From Actinomycetes bacterium (lineage in GTDB: Bacteria > Actinomycetota > Actinomycetes > Mycobacteriales > SCTD01): a DNA stretch of 64,000 nt. The stretch covers positions 1,075-65,074 of the forward strand of contig JBKHYE010000123.1 of assembly GCA_046565705.1 (NCBI GenBank), in the 5' to 3' direction. The position numbers were made by a program, and so were the translations under genes. The notes below the pieces were generated by a model. It did not search any database and had not been told where the DNA came from. It was given only the letters and a program-made list of their open reading frames with translations. Shown here piece after piece: positions 50,501 through 62,500 of this stretch (position 1 is the first letter of the stretch; each line of letters starts with the position of its first letter).

Positions 50501-53500
50501 CGTGCTCTGCGTGACGTCGAAGGTGGCCACGGTGAGCGCGACGTCTGCGACGCTGAACGCCACGTTGGTGCCGCGCACCTTGAGGTAGGGGCCCGCCTCC
50601 GCGATCGCCAGCGTGACCGCACCGACCTTGACGCCGGCGTCGTAGCCGCCCGTCGTCGTGCGGGAGCGGCGCATCGGCAGTGCCGCGCCGCCCTCTGAGG
50701 TGACCAGCTCGAGCACGCCGTCGCCTCCGAGGTCGCCGAGCGCGAAGCCACCGGCGAGGGTGGTGCCCGCGGCCAGCAGCTCGGTGCTCGTCGACGCGAA
50801 GCCCTGCCAGACGCCCGTGTCGTCGTGCGGCCCGCGGTTGAGCCGGGCGAACAGTCCGCCACCGCTCGTGGTGCGCACCAGGTCGACCCGCCTGTCGCCG
50901 TTGACGTCGACGAGCAGCACCCGGGTCGTGTCGCTCGTCCCCGGCTGCCCGCTCGGGGTGGCGAAGGTGGTGAACCCACCGGTGCCGTCGCCCTTGTACA
51001 GCGCGTCCGTGCCGGAGCCGCCCCGGCCCACGAACAGGTCGAGCTTCGCGTCGCCGTCGACGTCGGCGAGGGCCAGCACCGCGGTGGCCGGCACGGTGAC
51101 GCCGGTGAGCGCGGCCCCCGCGCCGAAGCCGAGCCAGCTGCTGTCGGTGCTGCTGTTGCCCAGGCCCTGGTACATCGTCACCGTGGTGCCGCCGGCGGTG
51201 CGGACGAGCAGGTCGGCGGCGACGACCGGGGCGGTGTCCTTGACGTTGCCGATGACGATCGACGCGGCGTTGCTGCCGAGCGCCACCCCGACGGTGGCCT
51301 TGGCGAAGGCCCCGGCACCGGTGTTGCGCCAGACCTCCGTCGCGCCGCTCGACCCGACCACGACGTCGGGCTTGCCGTCGCCGTCCAGGTCGCCGACGGC
51401 AAGGGCGGTGACGGCGGCGGGGGCGGTGAGCACGACGAACGGCGGGACGCCGTCGAACGGGTCGCCCACGCCGTCGTTCACGTAGAGCAGCACGGTGCTG
51501 GCCGAGGCGACGAGCAGGTCGGGCCGACCGTCACCGGTGACGTCCGCCAGCGCGAGAGCGGTGGTGCTGGTCGGTGCGGTGCCGAACGTCACGGTCTCCG
51601 AGACCGTCGCGCCGCGGCTGTTGAACAGCACCGAGAACGTGCCGGACAGCGTCACGCCGGGGATCGTCACGGCCACGGTGCCCGTCACGGTGCCGGCCAG
51701 CCCGGCACCTGCCCCGCTGCCCGACTTCAGCGACAGCAGGCCGCTGCCCTCGGACAGCGTCACGTACGCGGTGGTGCCGTCACCGAAGGACGCCGTGACG
51801 TTGCGCAGCAGGATGCGCACGACGGTGTCGACGCCGACGGCGGCCCTCTCCACCACGACGTCGCCGGTCAGCCGCTGGCCGCCGAGCGTCAGCACGATGC
51901 CGATGCCCTCGACCCGCAGGTAGGGCCCGCCGGGGACGTCCAGGGTGATGGTGCTGCCGCCGGCGGTCACCGACTGCCGCACCGCCGCGACGCCGGTGTT
52001 GACCGCGACGGTGAACGTGCCGGTGAACGCCGCCTGGCCGGCGCCGGGCGGCACCAGCAGCGAGACGTTGCCGGTGATGCGCCCCGCCACGGTGCCGTTG
52101 TTGACGACGAGCAGGCCGGTGCCCCCGGTGAGGCTCGCCCCGGCGCCCGCAGCGCCGATCGTGAGCGACACCTGGTCGGCGAAGATGCGCAGGATGCGCG
52201 GCGCTTCGGTGCCGGCGGGCGCGCTGGGGCTGACCTCGCCCCGCACCTGCTCGAAGCCGAAGATCCCCGACAGCGTCTGGCCGCCGATGGTCAGGGTGAG
52301 CGGCGACGCCGTCTCCGCCCGCACCGACCCCGGCTCGAGGACGCCGTACGGGCTGATGGTGACCCGGTCGGGCGTGGTGTTGATGCGCAGCGTGACCGAC
52401 AGGCTCGAGCCGCTGAACGGGTTGCCGGGCAGGGCGAGGACGAGCGACCCGCTCACGACACCGGCCACGCCGGTCGGGCGGATCTCGAAACTGCCGCTGC
52501 CGATCCGCACGACGACCGGGTGCACGCCGCCGCTCGGCTCGCCGAGCCGGAGGTCGACCGGGCTGCCGCCGGTGAGGGCGTCGGTGCCCAGCCGGACGGT
52601 GATGACGCTGCCGACCCTGGTGACGGCGATCGAGCCCGACAGCTCCTGGCCGCCGAAGCCGAGGGTGACGTTCTGGGCCACGATGCTCTGGGTGTTGTTC
52701 TCGACCGAGGTGCCGTGCAGCGACTGCGTCGAGCCGGTGTTGTTGTAGCGGAACGACAGGCTCGTGCCGGACAGCGTCAGGCCGGGGATGCCGATGACCG
52801 CGATCGAGCCGGTCAGGACGAAGGCGTACTGGCCGGACGCGGGGTTCATGCCCTCCCCGGCGACGTTCGTGAGCAGGAAGCCGCGCGCGGACGGGTTGAC
52901 CTGCGACGGCGTGCTGCTGTCGCCGTCGAGGTAGTAGGGACCCTCGCCGAGGAACAGCGTGACGTTCGAGATCGTGAACGCCGTCGCCTGCCAGGTGATG
53001 CTGCCGTAGAACTCGAACGGGCCGAGCTGCAGGGCGAGCTTGGCGCTGATCTCGACGAACGGCTCGACCGACGGCGTGTCCTGCCGGACCTCCGTCGCGG
53101 AGAAGACGATCGGCAGCGCGACGCCGTTGACGAGGACGAGCTCGTCCACCGCGCCGGCGGTGCCGTTGACGCGCGCCTTGATGTCGGCGCCGACGGAGAA
53201 CCCGCCACCGCTGCCGGCGTCGGCCTGGCCCGAGATGACGCCGGCCGCGCCGTCGGCCGTGAGCACGAACGCGCCCTGACCGTTCTCGATCTTGACCGCG
53301 TCGGTGCCCAGCGTGACGGTCACGCCGGAGAACCCGATGAGGGTGATCTCCACGGGCGTGTTGTGCAGCGCGCGGACCGGGCCGGACGCCGTCCCCGCGA
53401 TGACGAGGTCGAGGTCGCCGTCGCCGTCGGCGTTGACGAGCGCGACGAGCGCCGCGGCGCTCCCGGCGACGGTGGTGACGCCGACCTTCAGCGTCACCGG

Positions 53501-56500
53501 CGACGGCGCCCGCAGGCCGAGCCAGGTGCCCGCGCCGTCGACGCCCTTGTTGCGCATCAGCCGCGGGCCGTCGCTCGCCGTCGTGAGGACCGCGTCGAGC
53601 CGGCCGTCGCCGTCGACGTCGCCGAGCAGCGCCCCGGTCGCGCCGGTCCCGGTGCCGAGGTCGGTGGCCGCGATCTGCCAGGTGGCGTTGCTCACCGTGG
53701 CGCCCTCGAGCGCGGCGGCAGCGGCCGTGCCGAAGGCACCGCGGACCAGGCCGGTGAACGACGTGCCGGTCTTGCCGGTGTAGAACACCTTCTCGCTGCC
53801 GAGCAGCAGCACGCCGCCGTCGGCGAAGCCGGCGGTGCTCGCGACGGTGACCGTCGTGGCGGTGGCGTTCAGGCCACCGGTGCCGGTGACCGTCGTGGAG
53901 ACCGCGGCCGCCGGGAGCACGTTGCGGCCACGCCACAGCTGCGACGTGCCGGAGCGGGTGACCAGGACGTCGGTGAAGCCGTTGCCGTCGAGGTCACCGG
54001 CGACGGCGCCGGTCGCCGCCCCCGAGGACAGGAGGGTCGGCGGGGCGAAGAGCAGGCTGGTGACGACGGCGCCGGTCGCGACGCTGGCCGCGGCGCTGGT
54101 CGAGTCCAGAGCCCGGGTCAGGCCGGTGAACGAGGTGCCGGTCGTGCCCGCGTAGCGCAGCCGCTCGCTGCCGTTGACGATCAGCCAGCCCGACGGCGCG
54201 AACCCGGCGGTGCTCGTCACCGCGAGAGCCGTCGAGGCGCTCGTGAACGCACTGGTGGCCACCGCCGTCGTGCCGCCGCCGACGCCGGTCCAGACCGAGA
54301 CACCGGCGCTGCCGGCCACGACCAGGTCGCGCAGGCCGTCGTTGTCGAGGTCGGCCAGCAGCAGCGAGGTGACGCCGGTGGTGGTCAGCGTGCGGGCGTG
54401 CGCGGTGGTGCTCATCCCGAGCCACTGGCCGACCACGTTCACCGGCGCCTGGTGGCTCAGCGGCGCGTCACCACGAGCCGAGACGAGCAGCAGGTCGCCG
54501 TCCTTGCCGCTGTACGTGATCGGCTCGGTGCCGTCGACGACGACCGTGCCGGACGCGGCCAGCGGGGTGGCGCTGTCGACGGCGAGGTAGCCGACGGCGA
54601 CGGTCGCCCCGGCGGCCCGGTCACCCACGCTCGTGCCGTACTGCCCGCGCACCAGGCCGCCGAGAACGCCGGGAGCCACCGAGGTGTACCGGACGAACTC
54701 GGCGCCGATCTTGGCGATGCCGCTCGCGGCGAAGCCGGCGGTGCTGGTGACCTCGGCGAAGCCGACCGTGACGGTCGCGCCGCTGAGGTGGCCGGCGGCG
54801 GCCGTGCCGTTGACGCCGCGCACCAGCCCGTTCAGCGTCGTGCCGCTGAGGGAGGCGTACCGGATGAACTCGGTGCCGATCCGGATCAGGCCCGTGGCCC
54901 CCAGCCCGGTCGCGCTGCTCAGCGTCAGCGACGTGCCTCCCGAGCCGAGCGCGGCGGTGAGCGTCGGCAACGTGGCGGGAGCGGAGGTTCCCGAGGCGAG
55001 CTGCTGCGCGAGCGTGCTGCTCGCCGGCACGACGTCGGCGGCCAGGTCGGCTGCGAGCGTCGCCGTCGCGTTGCCGCCGTTGAGGAAGACCTTCGTCGTC
55101 GTCGAGCCGCTCGCGCCGATGACCAGGTCGGCGAAGCCGTCGCCGTTCACGTCACCGACCGTGACAGCCGAGGCGTCCGGCGTCGAGAACGCCGACCCGG
55201 ACAGGCCGTAGCCGAGCCACTGGGTGACCGTCGCGCCGGCGGCGTGCGCCGTCGCGCCGGCGAGCCGGCTCACGCCGGTGAGGGTGCTGCCGGTCTTGCC
55301 GGTGTAGGCGAGGTACTCGCCGCCGATGCTGACGACGCCGGCCGAGGCGAAGGCGCTCGCGTCGGCCAGGGTGAGCGTCGTCGCGGTGGCGCTGATGCCG
55401 GCGGCCAGCGTGGAGGTGCGGTTGCCGAGGTTGCGGTAGACGGCCGTCTGGCCGGTGCTGCCGTTCTTGGCCACGACGAGGTCGGGCCGGCCGTCACCGT
55501 CGAGGTCGGCGAGGGCGACGGCGGTCGTCGTCGTGCCGGTGCCGCCGACAAGCGACACCGAGGCCGTGTTGGCGAAGGTCCCCGCGCCGGTGCCGCGGAA
55601 GACCGAGACGCCGCTGCTGGTGCCGACGAGGAGGTCGACCAGGCCGTCGCCGTCGACGTCGGCGACGCGCAGCACCGTGGGGGTGACCGTCGGACCGACC
55701 GGGTTGGCGTCACCGAAGCCGGGCTTGGTCGAGCGCTCGACGGCGAAGCTGCCGGTGAAGCCGGTGCCGGCGACGCTCAGCGTGGCGCCGGTGACCTCGA
55801 ACCGCGCGTACGGCCCGGCCTTGAGCAGCGTCGCGCCGAGCTGCACCGGCAGCGACGTCGTGTTGATGGCGAGGACCGTGGTGCCGCCGGAAAGGGAGGC
55901 GTTCGAGCCGAAGGTGAAGCTGGGCGTGCCGGTGACGAGCGCCGCGACCCCGTTCGGGGTGATGCGGATGGCGCCGCTCCCGGTGAAGGAGGCGAACGTC
56001 CCGAGCGTGATGCTCAGGCCGGTCACCGTGACGTTCACCTGGACGCTCGGCGCGGTCCCGGTGCGCTCGAAGGTGAACGACGCTGCCGACACACGCACAC
56101 CGGCGACCGTCAGGTAGGTGCTGCCGGCGGTGAGCCGGATGGTGCCGGCCGCGAGGCCGCCCTGGAGGCCGCCGGTCGTGTTGAGGTCGAGCGTGACCGT
56201 GGCGCCGAGCTGGACCCCCGGGACCTCCACGACCAGGTCGGCGTTCGTGATGCTGCCGTACACGCCGCCGGCGACGGTGGTCGCTCCGGTGCGACGGGCC
56301 CCGATGACGGTGAAGCTGCCGCTGATGTTCGTCGCGCGCACGATCGGCGCCGTCGGCGTCCCGAGCGAGATCTCGCCACCGGTGATGGCCAGCGTCACCG
56401 AGCCCGGTGTCGTGCCGGTGCCGTCGACCTTGGTGAAGGTGAACGTGCCGGAGATCGTCTGGCCCGCCACCGTCAGGCTGACGCTGGAACCCGTCACCCG

Positions 56501-59500
56501 CAGGTAGCTGCCGCTCGCGACGGTGAGGGTCGTCGTGACGCCGCCGACGACGAAGTCCTGGGTGAAGCCGCCGGCACCGGTGTTGAGCTCGAGCGCGAAG
56601 GTGCCGGCCAGGGCCACGCCGGGCACGCCGGTCAGCGCGACGGTGCCAGTGGCGCGGCCGGCGACGAAGCCGCCGGCGAGCTGGAACAGGGCCTCGCCGT
56701 TGGTCAGGCTGACGAGGTCGCGGGTGCCGTCGCCGAGGGCGGCGCTGACGTTGCTCGCGGCGATGCGGACGACCATGACGTCGTCGTTCACGTTGCCGTT
56801 GGCCGGGTTGGGGCCGGCGACGCCGTCGGCACCCAGGCCGGTCACGACCCGCTCGAAGGAGACGTCGCCGCGCAGCGCCTGGCCGGCGACCACGAGGGTG
56901 CCGCCGATGACCGCGACGCGGACGAACGGCCCGGCGGGCACGTTCAGCGACAGCGTGGTGCCGCCGACCGCCAGGCTCGTGGCGACTGCCGCCGCCGTGG
57001 TGTTGATCTGCAGCCGGACGTCACCGGCGAGCGACAGCGCCGGGCCGGCGGTCACGCTGAGCGTGGCGGCGAGCGAGCCGGCGACGCCCTCCGGCGTCAC
57101 GACGAACAGGCCGGTGACGCCGGTGGCCCGCACGGTGCCGAGCAGGTCGAGCGAGCCGCCGCTGACGGCGAAGCGCACGACCTTGGTGCCGGCGGCGGTC
57201 GTGGCCTGCTCGACCGTGAACGAGCCGGCCAGCGTCTGGCCGAGCACCGTCAGGGTGACCGGCGCGAGGGCGGTGCCGCCGGTGACCCGCAGGTACGGCC
57301 CGGCCGGCAGCCCGAGCGCCGCCACGCCGGTGGTGTTGACCGCGAGCCCGAAGGTCCCGCCCAGCGCGAACCCGGGCACCGACACCACCAGCGTGGCCTC
57401 GACCGAGCCCGCCAGGCCGGCGGCGGTGAGGAGCAGCTGCGCGGGCGTGGAGGTCTGGGTGACTTGGACCAGCGGCGCGGTGTCGGTGCCGCCCAGGCGC
57501 AGCCGCAGGTTGCGGGCGGTGACGGCGAGCACGACGGCACCGGCGGCGTCGACGGTGCGGGTGAGCTCGACGTCGCCCGACAGGCTCTGGCCGACGAGCG
57601 ACAGCGTGATGCCGGTGCCGACCACCCGCAGGTACGGGCCGCCCGGCAGCGCCAGCGACACCGGCGTCGGCGAGCCGCCGACGAGGAAGGACGTGCTGAC
57701 CGGCGTCGTCGTGGTGTTGACCTGCACCGACAGCGTGCCGCTGATCGCCACCGACGGGACCGACAGCGAGACGGTGCCGCTGACCGTGCCGGCCAGCCCA
57801 CTCGGGCGGACGACGAACAGCGCCGTGCCGCCGGTGACCGACAGCATGCCGCCGATCGACAGCGAGGCGTTGGTGACGGCCAGGCGCACGACCTGCGTGT
57901 CGTCGCCGCCACCGGGCACGCCGTCGGCACCGAGGTCGGTGGCGCGCTCGAACGCGACGTTGCCGGTGATGGTCTGGCCGAGGACGGTGAGGGTCAGGCC
58001 GGTGCCCTCGAACCGCAGGTACGGGCCGCCGGGCAGCGCGACGGCGAGCGTCGCGGCGCCGACGGCGACGCTCGTGCTGACGGCGGCCGAGCCGGTGTTG
58101 ACGGCGACCGACAGGGCGCCGGACAGCGCGACGCCGCCGGGCAGGTTGACGGCGATCGTGCCCGACAGGCGGCCGGCGACCGCGGTGCCGGTGGACACGA
58201 GGACGCCGGAGCCGCCGGTGAGCCGGACGCCCGCCGCCGCCGTGCCGAACAGGACCTCGACCCCGGTGAGGCCGACCGTCGTGACGGTCGAGCCGTCGGA
58301 CGCCGTCGACCGCTCGAGGGCGACGTCGGCGGTCAGCGACGCACCGGCGAGCGCGAGCGTGACGCCGCTGCCGCTGACCCGCAGGTACGGGCCCGCCGGC
58401 AGGTCGAGCACCACGGTGCTGCCGGCGACGTCGATGCTGCGGCTGACCGCGGGCGTGCCGGAGTTGATCGAGACCGCGAAGGCGCCGGTGAAGACCACGC
58501 CCGGCACCGTCACGGTGATGCCGCCGCTCACGCGGCCGGCGAGCCCGGCTGCGGTGGAGACGAACGCGGCCGTGCCGTTGGTGACCGTGACGGCGCCGCC
58601 GGCGAGGGTGGCGCTGACGCCGGTGGCGCCGACGACGACGTCACCAGCAGGCGCCGTGTCGAACGAGAAGCTGCCGGTGAGCGACTGCCCGGCCAGCTGC
58701 AGGGTCGCGCCGCTGACCGAGAAGGACCTGACGACCGCGGAGGTCGGGAACAGCAGCTCGATCCCCGGCCCGGTGCTGCCCGGCACCGAGAGCACCAGCG
58801 GGACGGCCGCGGTGGCGCCGTGCACCGGCGCGCCGGTGGTGTTCACCCTGACGCTGACCGTGCCGCCCGAGATCACGACACCGGCGATGCCGATGAGGCT
58901 GACGCTGCCGGTGGCGACGAGCGCGTGGCCGGCGCCGGCCTGCACGACACCGATCCGGGCGCCGGACAGCAGCACGCCGCTGGCGAGCGGGTTGATCTCG
59001 CCGCTCTCGAGCCGGGCGGGGCCGCGCCCGAGGAAGATCGTCAGTCCCTCGCCGGCGAACCGGCCGCTGCTGTCGAAGGAGACGTCGCCCTCGATCGTGA
59101 GGAACTCACCGATGGTGAGCCTGGCGCCGAGCAGCGCCACCTCGACGAGCGGCGTCGAGACCTGAGCGAACTTGACGACCAGCGTGCGCCCGCCGACCTG
59201 GATCGCCTCGTCGATGTCCTCGCCGGTCACGGTGATGACCCGCACCACGACCCGCGCGCCGGCCGACACCGGACCGGCCGCGATGCTGGCGGTGCCGTTG
59301 AGGTAGCCGGCGATGCCGGTGCTGCGGAGCAGGAAGGCGCCCTCGCCGCCGGTCAGCTGCACGCTGTCGCCGCCGACCGTCGCCGACACGTTCGACGCGC
59401 CCACGACCGCGACCTCGTTGCCGGCGCCGTCGAGCCGGCGCTCGAACGCGAAGTCCCCGGACAGGGACGGGCCGGTGGCGGTCAGGCTGAGGGCGGCGCC

Positions 59501-62500
59501 GACCACCTCGACGCGCAGGTACGGCCCGGCCGGGACGGACAGGACGGTCGAGGTCGTGCCGACCGTGAAGGTCTCGGCGACCGCCGCGGCCCCCGTGTTG
59601 ACCGCGAGCCGGACGGTGCCACCGGTCAGCGTCACGCCGCCCGCGGCGACGGTGACGCCGGTGACCAGCCGCCCGGCCACCCCTGCCGACGTGAGCAGCA
59701 GCTGACCGCTGGTCGGGCCGACCGTCACCGGACCGAAGCTCAGCAGGTTCTGCGGGACGCTCGACACCAGCGCCGGCGTCACGGCCGCTCGGACGACGGT
59801 CGCGCCCGCGGCCGTCGTCGTCTGCTCGAACGAGATGCCGGTGCGCAGCGTCTGGCCCGCCACGACGACCTGCACGTCGGCGCTGCCGACGGCGACGCGC
59901 TGCTGGCCCGGACGCGTGTCGAACGACGCGGTGAGGGTGGAGGCGATGCTGATGCCCGGCACGGCGAAGCTGACCGGGCCGCTGAACGAGCCGTGGGCAC
60001 CGGTCGCCGTCAGCGTCAGGGTGAGCGACGCGGGGCCGACGGCCAGCAGCCCGCCGCCGAGCGACAGCGACGCGTTCGCCACCGTGAGCACGGTGTCGGC
60101 GCCGCTGCGGACGACGGTGACGTCGCCCGACACGGACTGGCCGAGGACCGAGACCGACAGCCCGGTGCCGACGAACCTCACGTAGGTCTGCCCGCTGCCC
60201 GAGGCCGGCAGCACCAGCGGCACCGAGACGCCGCCGACGGTGAAGATCTCGTTGACCGCCTCGTCGAGGCTGCTGACCTGCAGGGTGAGGGCTCCGGCGA
60301 CCCAGACGCCCGGCACGTTCACCGCGACCGTGCCGCGGATCTCGCCGGCGACGCCGGCCGCCTTGAGGAGCACGACACCGGTGCCGCCGGAGAGCGACAC
60401 CACCGGCGTGCCGCCGGCGCCGAGGGCGAAGGTGAGGTTCGCGACCGCCACCCGGACGACAGGCGTACCGCCCTGGACAGCGGTGCGCTCGATCGCGAGG
60501 TCGCCGACCAGCGTCGGCCCAGCGGTGCCGATCCGGAACCCGGCGCCGAGCGCCTCGACCCGCAGGTACGGGCCCGCCGGCAGGTCGTCGACCGCTGCGG
60601 CACCGGTGTTGAGCGCGACCGAGATCGTGCCCAGCTCGAGCGCCGACAGGGTCGCGCCGGTGTCGACCGTGCCGGAGACGCGCCCGGACACCCCGGCGGC
60701 CGTGACGGTGAACGCGCCGTTCACGCCCGTGACGGACAGGATCGTGTCGCCGCTCTCGGCGGTGGCGCCGGTGCGCAGGGCGAACGATCCGCCGGTGACA
60801 GCGACCCGGGTGGTCGTTCCGCCGCCGGCGGTGACGCGCTCGACCGACAGCGTCCCCGCCGACAGCAGGATGCCGGCGAGCCGGATGCCGATCGGGCCGC
60901 CGGCCAGCTTCAGGTACGGGCCTGCCGGCAGGCTCACCGAGCCGGCCTGCTGCGCGATCGCCGTGGTGTTGAACGCGACGGTCAGGGCGCCGGTCTCGAT
61001 CGCCACGCCGGGCAGGTTCAGTGACAGCGAGCCGGTGATGCTGCCGAAGGCGCCGGTCGTGCCGACGGTGAAGGTCGACGTCGCGCCGGTCTGGCCGATC
61101 GCCGGGCTGGCGAAGGTGCCGATGACCGTGGCGCCGTCGCGCAGCTCGAGCCGGACGTTCGTCGTGCTGACGGTGAAGCCGCCGGCCGTCCGGGCGAAGC
61201 CGAGGTCCGCGGTGAACGACGTGCCGCCGACCGCGATCGTCAGGCCGGTCCCGCGCACCTGCACGAAGGGCACGGTGGCGCTGGGCGCCCGCTCGTCCGG
61301 CGTGGACGCCGTGCCGTCGGTGAAGCGCACGATGACGTCGCCGTCGCCGTCCGGGAAGGCGATCGTCTGGTTCACCGCGGTGGTGAGCTCGTTGACCCGG
61401 ACGACGATCAGGCCGGTGACGGACAGACCTGGCAGCCCGACGAGCTCGACCGTCCCACGGACGTCGAGGGCGTACTTGCCACCGGACTTCCAGAAGCCGA
61501 CCGTCGCGCCGGTGAGGAGCAGCCCGCGCGCCAGCGGGTTGCGCGTGCCGTCGGACAGCAGGGCCGGCCCGTCGCCGACGAAGACGGTGAGGTTGCGGCC
61601 GGCGAACCCGCCCTCGCTGCCGGTGAAGTCACCGGTGATCGTGACGTAGTCACCGATCGTGAGCGTGCCGCCGAGGATCGACAGCGAGAAGACGATCGCG
61701 GCGTCGGTGAACACGACGCGCAGGTCCTGCCCGCCGACCGACACCGTCTGGTCGACGGCCGAGCCCGAGTTGTTGACGCGCACGACGACGTTGCCGCTGA
61801 TCGACAGCGGGCCGGTGTTCGCCGACACGGTTCCGGAGACGTAGCCCGCGATGCCGCCGGGGACGGCGGGCGTCGCCGCCGGGTCGGCCGGCACCACGAC
61901 GAGTGCGCCGGTGACGTTGCTGATGGTGACGGAGTCGGCGGCGACGGTGATGCGGCCGTTGCGGATGGCGAGCACCGTGCTGGCGCCGGACCGGCTGAAC
62001 AGGAAGGTGCCGGAGATCGTCCCGAGTGCCGGTGAGCCGAGCGTGATGGCGTTGGCGGCGTCGACGGTGACCTCGACGCGCGTGCTGCTCGCGGCGAGGG
62101 TGCGGCCGCCGACGACGGCGGCGGTGGTGCGGGTGTTGACGTCCACCCGGGCCGCGATGCCCGTGGCGCTCAGCACGCCCGGCACCTTCAGCGACGCCGT
62201 GGCCGTGAGGGTGCCGGCAGTGCCGCTGGCCGCGATCTCCAGCACGCCCGTGGAGACGCGCACCGACGCGATGCCGTTCGGCAGCACCAGCGAGACGCCG
62301 GACAGCGACACGGTGACGACGGCGCCCGCCGCCGTGGTCGTGCGCTGCAGCCGGATGTCACCGGTGAGCTCCAGCCCGGCGATCGTCAGCGTGACGTTGA
62401 TGCCACCGACCCGCACGGTCGACGCGGCCAGCGCGACGCCGCTGACCGTCTGCGGGGTCGGGGTGGTGTTGATCTCGACGCGGACGCCGCTGGACAGCGA

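Noticed and set aside
50825-61024. 3399-aa plus-strand ORF, with similar ones at 25055..30499, 30686..33304, 36674..40036, 43280..47041, 45747..49052 and 56523..59165
   Set aside because: These are antisense to the giant gene. The translations are Arg/Gly/Asp/Ala low-complexity strings (e.g. RRGRRGD..., GAAGD...) with no motifs. Long stop-free antisense frames are expected at this GC content, whereas the minus frame shows coherent domains along its whole length.
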